A DNA stretch of 64,000 nucleotides, taken from NCBI RefSeq assembly GCF_055900595.2, contig NZ_CM148325.1, one strand, 5' to 3'. This document shows, one piece after another, positions 42,152 to 53,100 of this stretch. The notes beneath the pieces were generated by a model. That model was given only the letters and a program-made list of their open reading frames with translations. It did no database searches and had not been told where the DNA came from. Each line of letters begins with the position of its first letter. The stretch's first letter is position 1. Position numbers and translations under genes: made by a program.

Positions 42152-44376
42152 TATCGTTCTGCCGTGAAAAGTGTTTGAATATCATCGCGTAACAGCTGAG
42201 CGTCGGTGTAAATCCAGCCATGAGTCATCACAGTCTGCTGCAATTGCTGCTGCATCAGCCTGACCACCGATTCATTTTGTTGACGCAGAGCCAGACTTTC
42301 GCGTAAACGCGTCTGTAATTCCGTCAAACATGAAGCGAACTCAGCGAAAAAAGTATTCATGCCTGCCGTAACAGATTCATCGACCTGCTCTGCCAGAACT
42401 TTAGCCATTTGTTGGCAATAAAGATCGACTTCTGTGCTTAATGCTCGTTGCAACGCACTGTAATCAACCGTCTCTATCGGGGATTTCTCATTTCCCCGTC
42501 CCCAGTCGGGCTGATTCAACCAGCGCGAAAAAGTCTCACGCACAACGCCTAAACGCGTGCTCTGCTCGTCCATTGCGTCCTGGCGGGAGATGACTTCACT
42601 GAACAACTGGCGAGTGTTGAAGTGGGGAACTGCGCCGTGAAAAACAGGAAAATGAAACCCAGGACGAAACCCTGACTCGCTCAATTCCATTTTGACTTGT
42701 TGCTCAATGGGCCGAATAACATCGGTTAACACCCGGCAAAGAGTGGATTCAAGCTCGGCAAAACGCAGCGTAAAGTCGCGACTGATGGTGTTCTGCGCCG
42801 TCTGTAACAGTGTCTCACAGCAGGTACGAATCTCGCTTAATGACCCCGAATCATCCTGAAACAACGCGGCTAACTGGGCATTCACCGCATCTTGCTGTTG
42901 ACGCAGAAAGAGGTTGGCGGAGGTCAGGGCCAGCTCGATTTCATGTTTAATCTCGCCGCTCACCTGAGCCTGATTGAGTTGAAATAGCTGCAAACTTTCT
43001 TCGATCTGGTGGATATTTTGCCGCAATTGTTCACAAGCGACGTTTAACCCGTGCGCACGAAAATCCAGGTATTCCCGCGCCTGCTGCGCGTAATTCAACA
43101 GTTTATGCGCGGCAGATCGCAGAGCATACAACGAGGCGTTAGCGTAAGCGGCATGAAGCAACGCCTGAATTGGCTGGGCGAACAGCGAATCTTCCCACAA
43201 CTGATCGGCAGCATGACGAATATGTTCGAGGTCCGCCAGGTCGGCATGACGCCAGCGCCTGCCGAGCGCGGCATGGGCAAAATCTTCCACCCAGCGTTGT
43301 TGCTCTGGCGCGGGTAACTTACCGTTGTTGGCTAACTCATTACGCGCCCGATTCGCCAGGTAGCCCCACATCGACGACACTGGAAATATCTGCTGTGGCG
43401 TAATACAGCCTTTCATCAGCGTCCCGGAAATCAGTGCCCGCACCTGGTCGGCGTCGTCACTGTTACGATCCTGTTGATCGAACTTATTGACCAGCACATA
43501 CAGCGGCACCGATTGCCCCACCGCCAAAATCGCCTCACGGACCTCTTCATCGGAGATCGATTTCAGTTGCGTATAATCCAGCACCGCCAGTACCGCCGAG
43601 GCGCGAGCCAGCTGCTGGTTAAGCATTTTTTGCAGATGCGGTTGCCCGGCTTCATTTGGCCCAGGGGTATCCAGTAACGTCAACTGACCGGGATAACTCT
43701 CCAGCCCCGCCAGATGGACAAACTCCACTTCAATCACGGGAATATGCTCAATGGCGGCGTAAGCAGAAAAAGGAAAATCGACGTCCAGCGCCTTCGCCAG
43801 TCGCACCAAATCATTCAAACTTTTCAGACAATGAAAAATAGGCTGGGCACCCAAATAATATTTTTCGAAAGCGACGCCATTTTCGATCCGCTGCATAAGC
43901 GCACGCATATCTTTATCTATTTCCAGCACATCGGTCAGATGCTTAATATCGCAGTCACGCAGGCGCTGGTGTAATTGTTGAATTAAACAGTCGATTGGCG
44001 CGACATGTGAAAAATGCAGTACCGGTTCTTTTTGCCCGGGCGTATGGCGAATAAGCGTCGGCAGCGCAGTCATTGGGCGATTGCGATTAGGCAGAACCTC
44101 CGTACCAACAATAGCATTAATGGTGGTTGATTTCCCTGCTTTCATAGTACCGACAATCGCCAGCACCATTTCCAGTCGGGAAATTTTACGCAACTCATTA
44201 TTCAGCATCGCGTGACGTTCGGCGATATTAGGCTGACTCCAGGGTAAAGCCAGTTGTGGCGCATCGTCTCCGGGTACAGAGAGAGGCATTTTTTCCAGTA
44301 ACTGCAACTGTTGGCGAGAAAGCTGTAGCAGGCGTTCAGCCTCCTGACTTAACTCATACAGGGTCTGTGTGTACAT
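42148..44376 (-). CDS. crfC: Dynamin-like GTPase CrfC (YjdA), clamp-binding sister replication fork colocalisation protein
   Basis: 742-aa ORF with GTPase motif region GTMKAGKSTTINAIVGTEVLP... Confidence 0.85.
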   Translation of the reverse strand: MYTQTLYELSQEAERLLQLSRQQLQLLEKMPLSVPGDDAPQLALPWSQPNIAERHAMLNNELRKISRLEMVLAIVGTMKAGKSTTINAIVGTEVLPNRNRPMTALPTLIRHTPGQKEPVLHFSHVAPIDCLIQQLHQRLRDCDIKHLTDVLEIDKDMRALMQRIENGVAFEKYYLGAQPIFHCLKSLNDLVRLAKALDVDFPFSAYAAIEHIPVIEVEFVHLAGLESYPGQLTLLDTPGPNEAGQPHLQKMLNQQLARASAVLAVLDYTQLKSISDEEVREAILAVGQSVPLYVLVNKFDQQDRNSDDADQVRALISGTLMKGCITPQQIFPVSSMWGYLANRARNELANNGKLPAPEQQRWVEDFAHAALGRRWRHADLADLEHIRHAADQLWEDSLFAQPIQALLHAAYANASLYALRSAAHKLLNYAQQAREYLDFRAHGLNVACEQLRQNIHQIEESLQLFQLNQAQVSGEIKHEIELALTSANLFLRQQQDAVNAQLAALFQDDSGSLSEIRTCCETLLQTAQNTISRDFTLRFAELESTLCRVLTDVIRPIEQQVKMELSESGFRPGFHFPVFHGAVPHFNTRQLFSEVISRQDAMDEQSTRLGVVRETFSRWLNQPDWGRGNEKSPIETVDYSALQRALSTEVDLYCQQMAKVLAEQVDESVTAGMNTFFAEFASCLTELQTRLRESLALRQQNESVVRLMQQQLQQTVMTHGWIYTDAQLLRDDIQTLFTAERY

Positions 44377-44777
44377 AGAAAATTTTTCCTTAAAGCAAAT
44401 TTTATTACTTTTATTTAGCCAGATTGTTTTTGAGTTCTGTTTTCGGCTTTTATAATTACTGCAAGAAATAATTTTATATTTAGAGTGTTGTTTTTTATTA
44501 GAATAAATAACGTCTTCCGATACGTTTAAAACGTCAGAAAGATAAAAATATCATTTGAATTAAAAAAAGAACAAGTAGAGCATTAACCTTATCTTAAATA
44601 ATAAATGGAGGCAAAAAGATTATTTTCTTTTTGCGTTTCCTTTCAAATGAAAACGATCGTCGTCTAAAATCAGCAGTACCCCCGACAAACTCAGGGATTT
44701 TGTGTATAATTGCGGCCTTTTTCGGCAATCTGCCGTTTTTTGGCGCTTTTGCCCTGCTGACTTTTGAGGAAATCCAC

Positions 44778-45113
44778 ATGTCATTACCACACTGCCCAAA
44801 ATGCAACTCCGAATACACCTACGAAGATAACGGCATGTACATCTGCCCGGAATGTGCCTACGAATGGAACGACGCAGAACCTGCACAGGAAAGCGACGAG
44901 CTGATCGTTAAAGATGCTAACGGCAATCTTCTGGCTGATGGCGACAGCGTTACCATCATTAAAGATCTGAAGGTGAAAGGTAGCTCTTCGATGCTGAAGA
45001 TCGGTACCAAAGTGAAAAACATTCGCCTGGTTGAAGGCGACCACAACATCGATTGCAAAATCGACGGTTTTGGTCCGATGAAACTGAAATCTGAGTTTGT
45101 GAAAAAGAACTGA
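44778..45113 (+). CDS. phnA: Zinc-ribbon protein PhnA
   Basis: 111-aa frame from ATG 44778 ([30 protein letters not shown]...). Confidence 0.85.
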
Positions 45114-45139
45114 TTGTATTGCTCAATGTAATATTGGCA

Positions 45140-45300
45140 CATGATCGGTAGGCCGGATAAGGCGCTCGCGCCGCATCCGGCTACGGTGCCGACTGCCTGA
45201 TGCGACGCTCGCGCGTCTTATCAGGCCTACAAATTCTCGCACCATCCGGCAACGGTGCCTAATGCGACGCTTACCGAGTCTTATCAGCCCCCGCTTATCT
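45140..45300. repeat. REP/BIME cluster (about three REP palindromes)
   Basis: GCCGGATAAGGCGCTCGCGCCGCATCCGGC and GCCTGATGCGACGCTCGCGCGTCTTATCAGGCC-type palindromes between phnA and phnB. Confidence 0.7.
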
Positions 45301-45352
45301 GTATAATTTTCGAACTACACTTAACTGGCTTCTCTTAACTGAGGTCACCATC

Positions 45353-45796
45353 ATGCCGTTAAGTCCCTACCTCTCTTTTGCTGGTAACTGTTCCGATGCG
45401 ATTGCCTATTATCAACGCACGTTGGGCGCGGAACTGCTTTATAAAATCAGCTTCGGCGAAATGCCGAAATCAGCGCAGGACAGCGCCGAGAACTGCCCTT
45501 CCGGTATGCAATTTCCCGATACCGCTATCGCCCATGCTAACGTGCGTATTGCCGGAAGCGATATCATGATGAGCGATGCCATACCGTCAGGAAAAGCCAG
45601 CTACTCCGGTTTTACACTGGTACTCGATTCGCAACAGGTCGAAGAAGGAAAACGCTGGTTTGATAACCTTGCTGCTAACGGAAAAATCGAAATGGCCTGG
45701 CAGGAAACTTTCTGGGCGCATGGCTTCGGCAAAGTCACCGATAAATTTGGCGTACCGTGGATGATTAATGTCGTCAAACAACAACCAACGCACTAA
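45353..45796 (+). CDS. phnB: PhnB (glyoxalase-fold protein)
   Basis: 147-aa ORF MPLSPYLSFAGNCSDAIAYYQRTLGAELLYKISFGEMPK... Confidence 0.85.
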   Translation: MPLSPYLSFAGNCSDAIAYYQRTLGAELLYKISFGEMPKSAQDSAENCPSGMQFPDTAIAHANVRIAGSDIMMSDAIPSGKASYSGFTLVLDSQQVEEGKRWFDNLAANGKIEMAWQETFWAHGFGKVTDKFGVPWMINVVKQQPTH

Positions 45797-45851
45797 CCCG
45801 CCGGGAGGCCCGCCCTCCCGCACTGTCATCGAATTCCCGTTAACTCTTCAT

Positions 45852-45873
45852 CTGTTAGTCACTTTTAGTTAAC
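45852..45873 (+). promoter_or_regulatory. Putative Pho box upstream of phnC
   Basis: CTGTTAGTCACTTTTAGTTAAC resembles PhoB-box half-sites (CTGTCAT-like repeats); a second CTGTCAT at about 45823. Confidence 0.4.
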
Positions 45874-45928
45874 AAAATCGTCACGATAATCCGCCACGAT
45901 GGAGCCACTTTTTTAGGGAGGCTGCATC

Positions 45929-46717
45929 ATGCAAACGATTATCCGTGTCGAGAAGCTCGCCAAAACCTTCAATCAGCATCAGGCGCTGCATGCGGTTGAT
46001 CTGAACATTCATCACGGTGAAATGGTGGCTCTGCTTGGGCCGTCCGGTTCCGGCAAATCCACCCTTTTACGTCATTTAAGCGGTTTGATTACCGGCGATA
46101 AATCTGCCGGTAGCCATATCGAGCTGCTGGGCCGCACAGTCCAGCGCGAAGGCCGCCTGGCCCGCGATATCCGCAAAAGCCGCGCCAACACCGGCTACAT
46201 CTTCCAACAATTCAACCTGGTGAATCGCCTGAGCGTACTGGAGAACGTGCTGATTGGCGCGCTCGGCAGCACGCCATTCTGGCGCACCTGTTTTAGCTAC
46301 TTCACCCGCGAGCAGAAACAGCGCGCGTTACAGGCGCTGACCCGCGTTGGCATGGTGCACTTTGCCCATCAGCGCGTTTCCACCCTCTCCGGCGGACAGC
46401 AGCAGCGTGTGGCGATTGCCCGTGCGCTGATGCAGCAGGCGAAGGTGATTCTGGCCGATGAACCGATCGCCTCGCTGGACCCGGAATCGGCCCGCATCGT
46501 GATGGATACCCTGCGCGACATCAACCAGAACGACGGCATCACCGTGGTGGTGACGCTGCATCAGGTGGATTACGCCCTGCGCTACTGCGAACGCATCGTC
46601 GCCCTGCGCCAGGGGCACGTCTTCTACGACGGCAGCAGCCAACAGTTTGATAACGAACGTTTTGACCATCTCTACCGCAGCATTAACCGCGTCGAAGAGA
46701 ACGCGAAAGCTGCCTGA
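45929..46717 (+). CDS. phnC: Phosphonate ABC transporter ATP-binding protein
   Basis: 262-aa ORF with Walker [10 protein letters not shown] and ABC signature LSGGQQQR. Confidence 0.9.
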   Translation: MQTIIRVEKLAKTFNQHQALHAVDLNIHHGEMVALLGPSGSGKSTLLRHLSGLITGDKSAGSHIELLGRTVQREGRLARDIRKSRANTGYIFQQFNLVNRLSVLENVLIGALGSTPFWRTCFSYFTREQKQRALQALTRVGMVHFAHQRVSTLSGGQQQRVAIARALMQQAKVILADEPIASLDPESARIVMDTLRDINQNDGITVVVTLHQVDYALRYCERIVALRQGHVFYDGSSQQFDNERFDHLYRSINRVEENAKAA

Positions 46718-46741
46718 CATCCCCATCATTGAGGAAAACGA

Positions 46742-47758
46742 ATGAACGCTAAGATAATTGCCTCGCTGGCCTTCACCAGCATGTTCAGCCTCAGCACCCT
46801 GTTAAGCCCGGCGCACGCCGAAGAGCAGGAAAAGGCGCTGAATTTCGGCATTATTTCAACGGAATCACAGCAAAACCTGAAACCGCAATGGACGCCGTTC
46901 TTACAGGATATGGAGAAGAAGCTGGGCGTAAAGGTCAACGCCTTCTTTGCCCCGGACTACGCGGGCATTATCCAGGGGATGCGCTTCAACAAAGTGGACA
47001 TCGCCTGGTACGGCAATCTGTCGGCGATGGAAGCGGTGGATCGCGCCAACGGTCAGGTCTTCGCCCAGACGGTCGCGGCGGATGGATCGCCGGGTTACTG
47101 GAGCGTGTTGATCGTCAACAAAGACAGTCCGATCAACAACCTGAACGATCTGCTGGCAAAGCGTAAAGATCTCACCTTCGGCAATGGCGATCCTAACTCC
47201 ACCTCTGGCTTCCTCGTCCCCGGCTACTACGTCTTCGCCAAAAACAATATCTCCGCCAGCGACTTCAAGCGCACCGTCAACGCCGGGCATGAAACCAACG
47301 CGCTGGCCGTCGCCAACAAGCAGGTGGATGTGGCGACCAACAACACCGAGAACCTCGACAAGCTGAAAACCTCCGCACCGGAGAAGCTCAAAGAACTGAA
47401 GGTGATCTGGAAATCGCCGCTGATCCCAGGCGATCCGATCGTCTGGCGCAAAAATCTTTCCGAAACCACCAAAGACAAGATCTACGACTTCTTTATGAAC
47501 TACGGCAAAACGCCGGAAGAGAAAGCGGTGCTGGAGCGCCTGGGCTGGGCCCCGTTCCGCGCCTCCAGCGACCTGCAACTGGTGCCGATTCGCCAGCTCG
47601 CGCTGTTTAAAGAGATGCAGGGCGTGAAAGGCAATAAAGGGCTGAATGAGCAGGACAAGCTGGCAAAAACCAGCGCCATTCAGGCGCAACTGGATGACCT
47701 GGACCGCCTGAACAACGCGTTAAGCGCGATGAGTTCGGTGAGTAAAGCGGTGCAGTAA
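46742..47758 (+). CDS. phnD: Phosphonate ABC transporter periplasmic binding protein
   Basis: 338-aa ORF with N-terminal signal peptide. Confidence 0.9.
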   Translation: MNAKIIASLAFTSMFSLSTLLSPAHAEEQEKALNFGIISTESQQNLKPQWTPFLQDMEKKLGVKVNAFFAPDYAGIIQGMRFNKVDIAWYGNLSAMEAVDRANGQVFAQTVAADGSPGYWSVLIVNKDSPINNLNDLLAKRKDLTFGNGDPNSTSGFLVPGYYVFAKNNISASDFKRTVNAGHETNALAVANKQVDVATNNTENLDKLKTSAPEKLKELKVIWKSPLIPGDPIVWRKNLSETTKDKIYDFFMNYGKTPEEKAVLERLGWAPFRASSDLQLVPIRQLALFKEMQGVKGNKGLNEQDKLAKTSAIQAQLDDLDRLNNALSAMSSVSKAVQ

Positions 47759-47764
47759 TGTGCT

Positions 47765-47875
47765 CGATCGGTCCCCTCTCCCTTGAGGGAGAGGGTTAGG
47801 GTGAGGAAGAAATGCGCACGCTGGTGCCCTCACCCCGGCCCTCTCCCACAGGGAGAGGGAGAAAACATTAAACGG
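47765..47875. repeat. GC-rich palindromic intergenic repeat pair (boxC-like)
   Basis: Two inverted copies built on CCCTCTCCC...GGGAGAGGG and GGGTGAGGG/CCCTCACCCC cores between phnD and phnE; same element recurs at 53110-53240. Confidence 0.6.
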
Positions 47876-47883
47876 AGCCAAAC

Positions 47884-48663
47884 ATGCAAACCATCACCAT
47901 TGCCCCACCCAAGCGCAGCTGGTTCTCGATCTTCAGCTGGGCCATTGTTCTCGCCGTACTGGTCGTCTCGTGGCAGGGCGCGGAAATGGCCCCGCTCACG
48001 CTGATTAAAGACGGCGGCAACATGGCGACGTTCGCCGCCGACTTCTTCCCGCCCGATTTCAGCCAGTGGCAGGATTACCTCACCGAAATGGCCGTCACGC
48101 TGCAAATCGCCGTCTGGGGCACCGCGCTGGCAGTCGTTCTCTCCATCCCCTTCGGCCTGATGAGCGCCGAAAACCTGGTGCCGTGGTGGGTTTACCAGCC
48201 CGTTCGCCGCCTGATGGACGCCTGCCGCGCCATTAACGAGATGGTCTTCGCCATGCTGTTCGTGGTCGCCGTCGGTCTCGGTCCGTTCGCTGGCGTACTG
48301 GCGCTGTTTATCCACACCACCGGCGTGCTCTCCAAACTGCTTTCCGAAGCGGTAGAAGCAATTGAACCCGGCCCGGTGGAAGGCATTCGCGCCACCGGTG
48401 CCAACAAGCTCGAAGAGATCCTCTATGGCGTGCTGCCGCAGGTGATGCCGCTGCTAATCTCCTACTCCCTCTATCGCTTCGAATCCAACGTCCGCTCGGC
48501 CACCGTTGTTGGCATGGTCGGCGCTGGCGGGATCGGCGTCACGCTGTGGGAAGCGATTCGCGGTTTCCAGTTCCAGCAAACCTGTGCCCTGATGGTGCTG
48601 ATTATCGTCACGGTCAGCCTGCTGGATTTCCTCTCTCAACGGTTGCGTAAGCACTTTATCTGA
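47884..48663 (+). CDS. phnE: Phosphonate ABC transporter permease (intact)
   Basis: 259-aa uninterrupted membrane ORF. Confidence 0.85.
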   Translation: MQTITIAPPKRSWFSIFSWAIVLAVLVVSWQGAEMAPLTLIKDGGNMATFAADFFPPDFSQWQDYLTEMAVTLQIAVWGTALAVVLSIPFGLMSAENLVPWWVYQPVRRLMDACRAINEMVFAMLFVVAVGLGPFAGVLALFIHTTGVLSKLLSEAVEAIEPGPVEGIRATGANKLEEILYGVLPQVMPLLISYSLYRFESNVRSATVVGMVGAGGIGVTLWEAIRGFQFQQTCALMVLIIVTVSLLDFLSQRLRKHFI

Positions 48664-48683
48664 TAAGCGAGGCATTAATATCT

Positions 48684-49409
48684 ATGCACTTGTCTACACA
48701 TCCGACCAGCTACCCAACACGCTATCAGGAGATAGCCGCAAAACTTGAGCAGGAGCTTCGTCAACACTACCGCTGCGGCGACTATCTTCCCGCCGAGCAG
48801 CAACTGGCAGCGCGCTTTGAGGTGAATCGCCACACCCTGCGCCGTGCCATCGACCAACTGGTGGAAAAAGGCTGGGTACAGCGCCGTCAGGGCGTCGGCG
48901 TGCTGGTGCTGATGCGCCCGTTCGATTACCCGCTCAACGCCCAGGCGCGTTTTAGCCAGAACCTGCTGGATCAGGGTAGCCATCCCACCAGCGAAAAACT
49001 GCTGTCCGTGCTGCGCCCGGCCTCCGGTCACGTCGCTGACGCGCTGGGGATAACCGAGGGCGAGAACGTTATCCACCTGCGCACCCTGCGCCGGGTCAAC
49101 GGCGTCGCACTCTGTTTAATCGACCACTACTTTGCGGACCTCACTCTCTGGCCGACGCTGCAACGCTTCGACAGCGGCTCGCTGCACGATTTTTTGCACG
49201 AGCAAACGGGGATTGCGCTGCGCCGCAGCCAGACGCGGATCAGCGCCCGCCGCGCCCAGGCCAAAGAGTGCCAGCGTCTTGAAATCCCGAATATGTCGCC
49301 GCTGCTGTGCGTGCGCACCCTTAACCACCGTGACGGTGAAAGCAGCCCGGCGGAGTACTCCGTCAGCCTGACGCGCGCCGACATGATTGAATTCACTATG
49401 GAGCACTGA
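48684..49409 (+). CDS. phnF: GntR-family repressor of the phn operon
   Basis: 241-aa ORF with N-terminal HTH region. Confidence 0.85.
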   Translation: MHLSTHPTSYPTRYQEIAAKLEQELRQHYRCGDYLPAEQQLAARFEVNRHTLRRAIDQLVEKGWVQRRQGVGVLVLMRPFDYPLNAQARFSQNLLDQGSHPTSEKLLSVLRPASGHVADALGITEGENVIHLRTLRRVNGVALCLIDHYFADLTLWPTLQRFDSGSLHDFLHEQTGIALRRSQTRISARRAQAKECQRLEIPNMSPLLCVRTLNHRDGESSPAEYSVSLTRADMIEFTMEH

Positions 49410-49862
49410 ATGCACGCAGATACCGCGACCCGCCAGCACTGGATGTCCGTGCTGGCGCACAGCCAACCGGCTGAACTGGCTAACCGCCTTAAAGCGCTAA
49501 ACATCACCGCCGACTATGACATTATCCGCGCCGCCGAAACCGGCCTGGTACAGATTCAGGCGCGGATGGGTGGCACCGGCGAACGCTTTTTTGCCGGCGA
49601 CGCCACGCTCACCCGCGCCGCCATACGCCTGACTGACGGCACGCTCGGCTACAGCTGGGTGCTGGGGCGCGACAAACAGCACGCCGAACGCTGCGCGCTG
49701 ATTGACGCGCTGATGCAGCAATCTCGCCACTTTCAAAACTTATCAGAAACCCTTATTGCCCCGCTGGACGCTGACCGTATGGCACGCATTGCCGCACGCC
49801 AGGCCGAAGTGAACGCCAGTCGGGTCGACTTCTTTACGATGGTTCGCGGAGACAACGCATGA
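49410..49862 (+). CDS. phnG: C-P lyase core complex subunit PhnG
   Basis: 150-aa ORF; operon order. Confidence 0.85.
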   Translation: MHADTATRQHWMSVLAHSQPAELANRLKALNITADYDIIRAAETGLVQIQARMGGTGERFFAGDATLTRAAIRLTDGTLGYSWVLGRDKQHAERCALIDALMQQSRHFQNLSETLIAPLDADRMARIAARQAEVNASRVDFFTMVRGDNA

Positions 49863-50443
49863 CCCTGGAAACCGCTTTTATGCTTCCCGTGCAGGATGCC
49901 CAGCACAGTTTTCGTCGCCTGTTAAAGGCCATGAGCGAGCCGGGCGTGATTGTCGCCCTACATCAACTCAAACGCGGCTGGCAGCCGCTGAATATTGCCT
50001 CTACCAGCGTATTGCTGACGCTGGCTGATAACGACACGCCGGTGTGGCTTTCCGCGCCATTAAGTAACGATATCGTCAGCCAGAGCCTGCGTTTTCATAC
50101 CAACGCCCCGCTGGTCAATCAGCCGGAACAGGCGACCTTCGCAGTGACGGATGAGGCGATTGCCAGCGAGCAGCTCAACGCCCTTTCCACCGGCACCGCC
50201 GTTGCGCCGGAAGCCGGTGCGACGTTGATTTTACAGGTCACCAGCCTGAGCGGCGGACGCATGCTGCGCCTCACCGGCGCGGGTATTGCCGAAGAACGGA
50301 TGATCGCCCCGCAACTGCCGGAGTGCATTCTGCACGAACTCACCGAGCGCCCGCACCCGTTCCCGCTCGGCATCGACCTGATCCTGACCTGCGGCGAGCG
50401 CCTGCTGGCTATTCCGCGAACCACTCATGTGGAGGTGTGCTGA
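49859..50443 (+). CDS. phnH: C-P lyase core complex subunit PhnH
   Basis: 194-aa ORF; translationally coupled to neighbours. Confidence 0.85.
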   Translation: MTLETAFMLPVQDAQHSFRRLLKAMSEPGVIVALHQLKRGWQPLNIASTSVLLTLADNDTPVWLSAPLSNDIVSQSLRFHTNAPLVNQPEQATFAVTDEAIASEQLNALSTGTAVAPEAGATLILQVTSLSGGRMLRLTGAGIAEERMIAPQLPECILHELTERPHPFPLGIDLILTCGERLLAIPRTTHVEVC

Positions 50444-51507
50444 TGTACGTTGCCGTGAAAGGGGGCGAGAAGGCGATCGACGCCGCCCACGCCCTGCAAG
50501 AGAGCCGACGCCGGGGCGATACCGATTTGCCTGAACTGAGCGTCGCCCAGATTGAACAGCAGCTTAATCTCGCGGTGGATCGCGTGATGACCGAAGGCGG
50601 CATTGCCGACCGCGAACTGGCCGCACTGGCGCTGAAACAGGCCAGTGGCGATAACGTTGAAGCAATTTTCCTGCTGCGCGCCTACCGCACGACGCTGGCA
50701 AAACTGGCGGTGAGCGAACCGCTCGACACCACCGAGATGCGTCTCGAACGCCGTATCTCCGCCGTTTATAAAGACATTCCTGGCGGCCAGTTGCTTGGCC
50801 CGACCTACGACTACACCCATCGCCTGCTCGATTTCACCCTGCTGGCGAATGGCGAAGCGCCGACGCTGACCACCGCCGACAGCGAGCAAGCCCCATCACC
50901 GCACGTTTTCAGCCTGCTGGCGCGTCAGGGGCTGGCGAAGTTTGAAGAGGATAGCGGCACACAGCCGGATGACATCACCCGCACGCCGCCGGTTTACCCC
51001 TGCTCACGCTCCTCCCGCCTGCAGCAGCTCATGCGCGGAGACGAAGGCTATTTGCTGGCGCTGGCCTACTCCACCCAGCGTGGTTACGGACGCAATCACC
51101 CGTTCGCAGGCGAAATCCGCAGTGGCTATATCGACGTGTCTATTGTGCCGGAAGAGCTGGGATTTGCGGTGAACATCGGCGAACTGCTGATGACCGAGTG
51201 TGAAATGGTCAACGGTTTTATCGACCCGCCGGATGAGCCGCCGCACTTCACGCGCGGCTACGGGCTGGTGTTCGGCATGAGCGAGCGCAAAGCGATGGCA
51301 ATGGCGCTGGTTGACCGTGCGTTGCAGGCTCCGGAGTACGGCGAGCACGCGACAGGCCCGGCGCAGGATGAAGAGTTCGTGCTGGCGCATGCCGACAACG
51401 TCGAAGCCGCAGGCTTTGTCTCGCACCTCAAACTCCCGCACTACGTCGATTTCCAGGCCGAGCTGGAGCTACTCAAACGTCTGCAACAGGAGCAGAACCA
51501 TGGCTAA
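50443..51507 (+). CDS. phnI: C-P lyase core complex subunit PhnI
   Basis: Frame from ATG 50443 ([27 protein letters not shown]...), 354 aa. Confidence 0.85.
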   Translation: MYVAVKGGEKAIDAAHALQESRRRGDTDLPELSVAQIEQQLNLAVDRVMTEGGIADRELAALALKQASGDNVEAIFLLRAYRTTLAKLAVSEPLDTTEMRLERRISAVYKDIPGGQLLGPTYDYTHRLLDFTLLANGEAPTLTTADSEQAPSPHVFSLLARQGLAKFEEDSGTQPDDITRTPPVYPCSRSSRLQQLMRGDEGYLLALAYSTQRGYGRNHPFAGEIRSGYIDVSIVPEELGFAVNIGELLMTECEMVNGFIDPPDEPPHFTRGYGLVFGMSERKAMAMALVDRALQAPEYGEHATGPAQDEEFVLAHADNVEAAGFVSHLKLPHYVDFQAELELLKRLQQEQNHG

Positions 51508-52345
51508 TCTGAGCGGCTACAACTTTGCCTACCTCGACGAGCAGACCAAACGCATGATCCGCCGCGCCATCTTAAAAGCGGTGGCGATCCCCGGCTATCA
51601 GGTGCCGTTTGGCGGGCGCGAGATGCCGATGCCATACGGCTGGGGAACCGGCGGCATACAGCTTACCGCCAGCGTGATTGGCGAAAGCGACGTGTTGAAG
51701 GTGATTGACCAGGGCGCGGATGACACCACCAACGCCGTATCAATTCGCAACTTTTTCAAGCGCGTGACCGGGGTAAACACCACTGAACGTACGGACGATG
51801 CGACGCTTATCCAGACGCGCCACCGCATCCCCGAAACGCCGCTGACCGAAGATCAGATCATTATCTTCCAGGTGCCGATCCCGGAACCGCTGCGCTTTAT
51901 CGAGCCGCGCGAAACGGAGACCCGCACCATGCACGCGCTGGAGGAGTACGGCGTGATGCAGGTGAAACTATATGAAGATATCGCCCGCTTCGGTCATATC
52001 GCCACCACTTATGCCTATCCGGTGAAGGTGAACGGGCGCTACGTCATGGACCCATCGCCGATCCCGAAATTCGATAACCCGAAAATGGACATGATGCCCG
52101 CCCTGCAACTGTTTGGCGCGGGGCGCGAGAAGCGTATTTATGCGGTGCCGCCGTTTACCCGCGTGGAAAGCCTCGATTTTGACGATCACCCGTTCACCGT
52201 TCAGCAGTGGGATGAACCCTGCGCGATTTGCGGATCAACCCACAGCTATCTCGATGAAGTGGTGCTGGATGACGCCGGAAACCGCATGTTTGTCTGCTCC
52301 GATACCGATTATTGCCGCCAACAGAGCGAGGCGAAAAGCCAATGA
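51500..52345 (+). CDS. phnJ: C-P lyase (radical SAM-like) PhnJ
   Basis: Frame from ATG 51500 (MANLSGYNFAYLDEQTKRMIRRAILKAVAIPGYQVPFGGREMPMPYGWGTGG...), 281 aa, C-terminal Cys cluster CAICGS...C. Confidence 0.85.
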   Translation: MANLSGYNFAYLDEQTKRMIRRAILKAVAIPGYQVPFGGREMPMPYGWGTGGIQLTASVIGESDVLKVIDQGADDTTNAVSIRNFFKRVTGVNTTERTDDATLIQTRHRIPETPLTEDQIIIFQVPIPEPLRFIEPRETETRTMHALEEYGVMQVKLYEDIARFGHIATTYAYPVKVNGRYVMDPSPIPKFDNPKMDMMPALQLFGAGREKRIYAVPPFTRVESLDFDDHPFTVQQWDEPCAICGSTHSYLDEVVLDDAGNRMFVCSDTDYCRQQSEAKSQ

Positions 52346-53100
52346 ATCAACCGTTACTTTCGGTCAATAACCTGACCCACCTTTACGCGCCGGGCAAAGG
52401 CTTCAGCGATGTCTCTTTTGATTTATGGCCGGGGGAAGTGCTGGGCATTGTCGGGGAATCCGGTTCCGGGAAGACCACGCTGCTGAAATCAATCTCCGCC
52501 CGTCTGACGCCGCAACAGGGGGAGATTCACTATGAAAACCGTTCCCTCTATGGCATGAGCGAGGCCGACCGCCGTCGCCTGCTGCGCACCGAATGGGGCG
52601 TGGTGCATCAGCATCCGCTCGACGGCCTGCGCCGCCAGGTCTCGGCAGGCGGCAATATCGGCGAACGGCTGATGGCGACCGGGGCGCGTCATTACGGCGA
52701 CATTCGCGCCACCGCGCAGAAGTGGCTGGAAGAGGTGGAGATTCCCGCCAACCGTATCGACGACCTGCCGACCACTTTTTCCGGCGGTATGCAGCAGCGT
52801 TTGCAGATTGCCCGCAACCTGGTGACGCATCCGAAGCTGGTGTTTATGGATGAACCGACCGGCGGGCTGGATGTATCGGTACAGGCGCGCCTGCTCGACC
52901 TGCTGCGCGGCCTGGTGGTGGAACTGAACCTGGCGGTGGTGATTGTCACCCATGATTTAGGCGTCGCCCGCCTGCTGGCGGACCGTTTGCTGGTGATGAA
53001 GCAGGGGCAGGTGGTGGAGAGTGGGTTAACCGACCGCGTGCTCGACGACCCGCATCACCCGTATACCCAGTTGCTGGTGTCATCGGTTTTGCAGAATTGA
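52342..53100 (+). CDS. phnK: C-P lyase system ATP-binding protein PhnK
   Basis: Frame from ATG 52342 (MNQPLLSVNNLTHLYAPGKGF...), Walker A GESGSGKTT. Confidence 0.85.
   Translation: MNQPLLSVNNLTHLYAPGKGFSDVSFDLWPGEVLGIVGESGSGKTTLLKSISARLTPQQGEIHYENRSLYGMSEADRRRLLRTEWGVVHQHPLDGLRRQVSAGGNIGERLMATGARHYGDIRATAQKWLEEVEIPANRIDDLPTTFSGGMQQRLQIARNLVTHPKLVFMDEPTGGLDVSVQARLLDLLRGLVVELNLAVVIVTHDLGVARLLADRLLVMKQGQVVESGLTDRVLDDPHHPYTQLLVSSVLQN

Noticed and set aside
46901-47689. 262-aa minus-strand ORF
   Set aside because: It is antisense within phnD; a shadow ORF.
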